64,000 nucleotides of DNA from NCBI GenBank assembly GCA_963677925.2, contig CAXXYH010000003.1:320001-384000 (forward strand). The letters run 5' to 3'. How positions within the stretch are numbered: position 1 is the first letter of the stretch; each line of letters begins with the position of its first letter. A model generated the notes under the pieces. The model did no database searches. It was given only the letters and a program-made list of their open reading frames with translations, and was not told where the DNA came from. Origin of the DNA: Spirochaetia bacterium. GTDB taxonomy: Bacteria > Spirochaetota > Spirochaetia > UBA9216. A program made the position numbers and the translations under genes. Below are positions 59,786 to 64,000 of this stretch, one piece after another.

Positions 59786-61672
59786 TTATGCAGTGAAATC
59801 GGCATTTTTTTCCGGCAGTGGTAAATCAAGAATCACTCTGATTCTAGCATCATCAAGAGTTTCTTCTTCAACCAGTGCATCAGCCAATTTCACAAGCTGA
59901 TCTTTATTCTTTGTAAGTATATCAGTTGTTTCTTTAAGACAGTTATTTAAAATCTGCTTTATTTCAGCGTCAATCATATTAGCTGTTTCTTCAGAATAAT
60001 CCTTGTGTCTGGCTATTTCCTTACCTATAAAAATAGGTTCTTCGTCGCTGCCGTATGAAACAAATCCCAGCTTTTCAGACATACCCCATTCAGTAACCAT
60101 TCTTCTGGCAAGATTGGTTGCCTGCTCAATATCGTTCTTGGTTCCTGTAGTAGTCTGGCCGTATTCAATATTTTCGGCTACATAGCCGCCCATTGCAATC
60201 TTGATTCGGTCCAGCAGCCAGCCTTTATTCTTTGAATAAGAATCCTTCTCCGGAAGCGACATTGCAAGCCCTAGAGCCTGTCCATGCGGAATAACTGTAA
60301 CCTTGTGCAGGGGATCAGCATATTCAAGATGATAGTGCAGTAGAGCGTGTCCGGCTTCATGATAAGCAGTAGCCCTTTTCTCTTCGGGGCTGATCATACG
60401 GGATTTACGTGCTACACCCAGGAGTATTTTGTCACGGGCTTCCTCAAAATGTTCGCTGCTGACCTCATCAACACCATGCCTGCCTGCAAAAAGAGCGGCT
60501 TCATTTACAAGGTTTGCAAGATCTGCACCTGATGTCCCGGGAGTAGCTCTGGCTATTCTTTCAAGATCTACATCCGGTGCAAGATTTATCTTCTTTGCAT
60601 GAATACCCAGTATCGCCTTTCTTTCAATTAAATCAGGCATATCGACAACCACCTGACGGTCAAATCTACCCGGCCTTAGAAGCGCAGGGTCAAGAACGTC
60701 GGGCCGGTTTGTGGCGGCAAGTATTATAACGCCGTCCTTTGTATCGAAACCGTCCATTTCTACAAGCATCTGATTCAGGGTCTGTTCACGCTCATCATGA
60801 CCGCCTCCGTAACCTGCACCCCTGGTGCGTCCTACAGCATCAAGCTCATCAATGAACAGAATACAGGGAGCATTCTTGCGGCCCTGATCAAAAAGATCCC
60901 GAACTCTGCTGGCTCCGACACCTACAAACATTTCCACAAAATCCGAACCTGACATATGAAAAAAGTTTACACCCGCTTCACCGGCAGCCGCCTTTGCAAG
61001 AAGTGTTTTACCAGTACCCGGCATACCTACTAGCAGAACCCCCTTAGGAACTCTTGCTCCGAGTTTTCTGAACTTTTCAGGATTCTTCAGAAAGTCGACA
61101 ACTTCCTCAAGTTCATACTTGGCTTCCTGCTGCCCTGCTACATCGGCAAAGGTAATTTTTTTATCATTCTGGGTGTATCGCTTGGCCTTGCTTTTTCCGA
61201 AAGAGAAAGCCTTGTTTCCGCCGCCCTGCATCTGCCGAAGCATAAACCAGATGAATGCAAAACCGATAAGCCAGGGAACTATCTGAATAAATATGGTGGC
61301 AGCTGTGTTTCCTTTTTCTGCCCCCTCAACTATGACATTTTTATCTGTCAGTTTCTGCATCAGATAATCGTCATAATATGGAATTTCAGTTTCAAATACG
61401 GTCTTCTGTCCTGAAGGACTGCTCAGCGTACCCTGAATTGTTTTGTTATCAAAAATCTTCACAGCAGAAATCTGCCCTTCATCCAGATAGTTAAGAAAAG
61501 TTGAGTACGGGATCTCCATACCTGCATCTGAATCATTCACAAGAAACAGAATAAAAAACATTACAATTAATGCAAGAAGAAAGAATAATGCAAATTTGTT
61601 ATTATTGTTGAAATCGAAACCGGGCTTTTTGGGTTCTTTCTCCGGTCTGTTGTTATCCTTTTGGTCACTCAC
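59786..61672 (-). CDS. ftsH: ATP-dependent zinc metalloprotease FtsH
   Basis: Two [34 protein letters not shown]. Confidence 0.98.
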   Translation of the reverse strand: MSDQKDNNRPEKEPKKPGFDFNNNNKFALFFLLALIVMFFILFLVNDSDAGMEIPYSTFLNYLDEGQISAVKIFDNKTIQGTLSSPSGQKTVFETEIPYYDDYLMQKLTDKNVIVEGAEKGNTAATIFIQIVPWLIGFAFIWFMLRQMQGGGNKAFSFGKSKAKRYTQNDKKITFADVAGQQEAKYELEEVVDFLKNPEKFRKLGARVPKGVLLVGMPGTGKTLLAKAAAGEAGVNFFHMSGSDFVEMFVGVGASRVRDLFDQGRKNAPCILFIDELDAVGRTRGAGYGGGHDEREQTLNQMLVEMDGFDTKDGVIILAATNRPDVLDPALLRPGRFDRQVVVDMPDLIERKAILGIHAKKINLAPDVDLERIARATPGTSGADLANLVNEAALFAGRHGVDEVSSEHFEEARDKILLGVARKSRMISPEEKRATAYHEAGHALLHYHLEYADPLHKVTVIPHGQALGLAMSLPEKDSYSKNKGWLLDRIKIAMGGYVAENIEYGQTTTGTKNDIEQATNLARRMVTEWGMSEKLGFVSYGSDEEPIFIGKEIARHKDYSEETANMIDAEIKQILNNCLKETTDILTKNKDQLVKLADALVEEETLDDARIRVILDLPLPEKNADFTA

Positions 61673-63071
61673 CTGTTGTCTCCGTTAGCTTGCTTACTTT
61701 AAGATAAAAATCTTCAGTTTCATGACAGTCACCGCTGTCATAATCAGCAAGTTTATTATTATATCCAAGATGTTCACCTAAAACAGCAGCGACACCCTGT
61801 CTGTTTTCTATAACAGGAATAAGGTCTCTGTCTGCTGAAAGAACACCCCATTCACTGAATAATTTACCAAGATCTTTTAAACCTTCACGGATTCGGATTT
61901 TGTCACCTGAGCGGCAGTTTCTAACGACCATAGGGGAATCGGTCTTTCTGCAGCAGATTCTTAAATACCCGCAATCCCCGGGCGGCTCCTTTGAAACTTC
62001 AAGAAGAACCGAGTCTGCAATCCTTACAGTATCTTTATTCAGGTATAAAAGATAACTTTTTTTATGCTGATTTACAAGTCTTTGTACAAAAATATGATTA
62101 CGGGAAGTATATATCTGATAATCATTTGTCTTAAGAAGTATCATATTAGCCGGCCTGTTTTCAACAGAAACCGCAGCAGCAATAGAACTGTATGTAATAC
62201 GTTTTTCATCACTTATTTTTTTATCAGAAAGCAGCTTCATTAATGATTTTATCCTGATAATCCGGTGCTGTGAAAAAAAATCGGTCTTCCCTGTGCGGAA
62301 CACACCATTTTCAGATTCATCCCACACAATATTCTTCTTGACTATAGTCTCTATAAAATCATTATATTCAGCAGCCTGTGCAGTTAAAGACCTTATTCCT
62401 GTATATAATCCTGGAAAAGCATTTTTAATTTCGGGAATAAGATCATGCCTGATTCTATTGCGAAGAAAGTCGTTTTTATCATTTGTAGTATCAAGACTGA
62501 AACCAAGTTCTGTCTCGTCAATATAGGAAAGAACTTCAGATTTGGTAATACTAAGCATAGGCCGCAGAATCTTCCCGCGGACTGATGGGATCCCTGCCAG
62601 CCCCTGGATACCCGCTCCCTGAAACACGCGCATAAGAACAGTTTCAACCAGATCATCCATATTATGTCCTGTTGCAATATAGTCAACTTCATACCTTTCA
62701 GCACATTCTGCTAAAAACCTGTACCTGAAAAACCTGGCGGCATCTTCGATTCCGGTCCTGTATTCACTGGAATAAGTCGCTATCTCACCATCTGCAGCTT
62801 CACCAATTTCATATTCTATCCCCAGTCTTTTAGAAAAGTGTCTGATATAAGTCACTTCCGACTCAAGTTCTTCCGGCTCGCGAAGCTTATGATTAAAATA
62901 GCCACATACAATATGCAGATCATAATTCGGAATATTTTTTAATATATGAGCAAGTGCTGTTGAATCAGGACCGCCTGAAAAGGCCAGCAGAATTTTAACT
63001 TTAGAGGGAATGTTCTGAGAAATTAAAAAATCTTCAACTTTTTTTTCAACGATTTTTCTGATTGATTTCAT
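61665..63071 (-). CDS. tilS: tRNA(Ile)-lysidine synthetase
   Basis: AFSGGPDSTAL, EDAARFFRY, TGHNMDDLVET, RNRIRH. Confidence 0.95.
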   Translation of the reverse strand: MKSIRKIVEKKVEDFLISQNIPSKVKILLAFSGGPDSTALAHILKNIPNYDLHIVCGYFNHKLREPEELESEVTYIRHFSKRLGIEYEIGEAADGEIATYSSEYRTGIEDAARFFRYRFLAECAERYEVDYIATGHNMDDLVETVLMRVFQGAGIQGLAGIPSVRGKILRPMLSITKSEVLSYIDETELGFSLDTTNDKNDFLRNRIRHDLIPEIKNAFPGLYTGIRSLTAQAAEYNDFIETIVKKNIVWDESENGVFRTGKTDFFSQHRIIRIKSLMKLLSDKKISDEKRITYSSIAAAVSVENRPANMILLKTNDYQIYTSRNHIFVQRLVNQHKKSYLLYLNKDTVRIADSVLLEVSKEPPGDCGYLRICCRKTDSPMVVRNCRSGDKIRIREGLKDLGKLFSEWGVLSADRDLIPVIENRQGVAAVLGEHLGYNNKLADYDSGDCHETEDFYLKVSKLTETTGE

Positions 63072-63627
63072 TCATAACCTGCTCAAAACTTTTCTCTGAC
63101 AGGTTTAAGAGCGCTTCAGCAGCCCTATCCAGGGAATCAGTGTATTCCTTAAGCTCCTGCCCTTCCATCCTGCCTAGAACATGCTCGATGGTATTATTGC
63201 TGTCTCTTCCGACACCAATATACATTCGTGCAAATTCACCGGTCCCCGCATATGCAATGATTGACTTAAGTCCGTTATGCCCGGCACTGGAACCATTCTT
63301 CTTGAGTCTGATTTTACCAGGTTTAAGATCCATATTGTCACAGACAATTATAACCTGATCAATTGAGGTTTTTGATTTCTGCATACAGTAATTAAGGACT
63401 TGTCCGGACAGGTTCATATAAGTCAGAGGCATGGCAAGTGATATGTCAGTATTCCCATGAATACCATGACCAATCATTACCGGTTTAAGAAAAGGTTTTT
63501 TGAAAGAGATACCAAGTTTCTCGGCGATTCTGTTAATTGTATCAAACCCGGCATTATGCCGTGTATTTTGATAATCAGGGCCGGGATTACCCAGCCCTAT
63601 TATAAGCAGTTTACTGTTATTCTGCAC
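63046..63627 (-). CDS. pth: Peptidyl-tRNA hydrolase
   Basis: LIIGLGNPG, TRHNAGF, PLTYMNLSG, GHNGLKSI; GTG start at 63627. Confidence 0.95.
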   Translation of the reverse strand: MQNNSKLLIIGLGNPGPDYQNTRHNAGFDTINRIAEKLGISFKKPFLKPVMIGHGIHGNTDISLAMPLTYMNLSGQVLNYCMQKSKTSIDQVIIVCDNMDLKPGKIRLKKNGSSAGHNGLKSIIAYAGTGEFARMYIGVGRDSNNTIEHVLGRMEGQELKEYTDSLDRAAEALLNLSEKSFEQVMNEINQKNR

Positions 63628-64000
63628 TTTCCTCTGCTTCTTCGCCTTCAGCCTCATCTTCTTCAGCTGCTTCAACTGACTGTTTGACAACTGTTACAGA
63701 AACTACTGAAAGGTCCTCAGCACTGAGGATTTTAACTCCTTCAGGAACGACTACATCTCCAACATGGATAGCGTCTCCTGAAAGAAGATTCTTAACATCA
63801 ATTTCAATTGCTTCGGGAATATCCTTAGGAAGACATTCTACTTCAAACTCATGCATCTGCTGTTCAAGAACACCGCCTTCTTTAACACCCTTTGCAGTTC
63901 CAACAAGGTGAATAGGTACATGTGTTTTAAGAGTCTTACCTCTTTCAATCTCAAAGAAATCTACATGTTTAATCTGACCCTTGACAATATCTTCCTGAAA
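63617..64000 (-). CDS. rplY: 50S ribosomal protein L25/Ctc (C-terminal part)
   Basis: HVDFFE..VPIHLVG.AKGVKEGGVL, VECLPKDIPEAIEIDV, acidic tail; 5' end outside the window. Confidence 0.92.
   Translation of the reverse strand, partial: FQEDIVKGQIKHVDFFEIERGKTLKTHVPIHLVGTAKGVKEGGVLEQQMHEFEVECLPKDIPEAIEIDVKNLLSGDAIHVGDVVVPEGVKILSAEDLSVVSVTVVKQSVEAAEEDEAEGEEAEESAE

Noticed and set aside
63627-63690. Lys-rich N-terminal extension of Pth
   Set aside because: Alternative-frame reading of the rplY acidic tail; true start is probably GTG 63627

Overview
Bacterial chromosome segment, AT-rich, most consistent with an anaerobic spirochaete (inferred from the gene content and the rplY-pth-tilS-ftsH...lepA order). 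Left to right: a CHASE2 adenylate cyclase, an atypical SDR, and an unusual divergent cluster (fhs-folD-panB on minus; AckA-like kinase, P1/ThnT-like amidase and panE on plus) next to a Liv-type ABC importer. Then a Mo/W-cofactor operon (tupABC, two moeA, moaA, moaC, MOSC, mog) behind a Moco-type riboswitch, an orphan ptb, a surface-protein pair, preT-preA, an IS1595-like transposase and an SSS symporter. Then a class III aminotransferase with a CoA-acylating aldehyde dehydrogenase, an NCS2 permease, a Na+-pumping acyl-CoA decarboxylase operon, tRNA-Asp, tRNA-Pro and housekeeping genes. The best candidate for an undescribed system is a putative anaerobic pantothenate/pantetheine (vitamin B5) fermentation pathway that runs PanE/PanB in reverse and conserves ATP through FolD/Fhs and an acyl kinase. 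It may be linked to a beta-alanine -> malonyl-CoA -> Na+-pump route encoded further along the window. These pathway assignments are inferences from motifs and gene context; no searches or folding programs were run.
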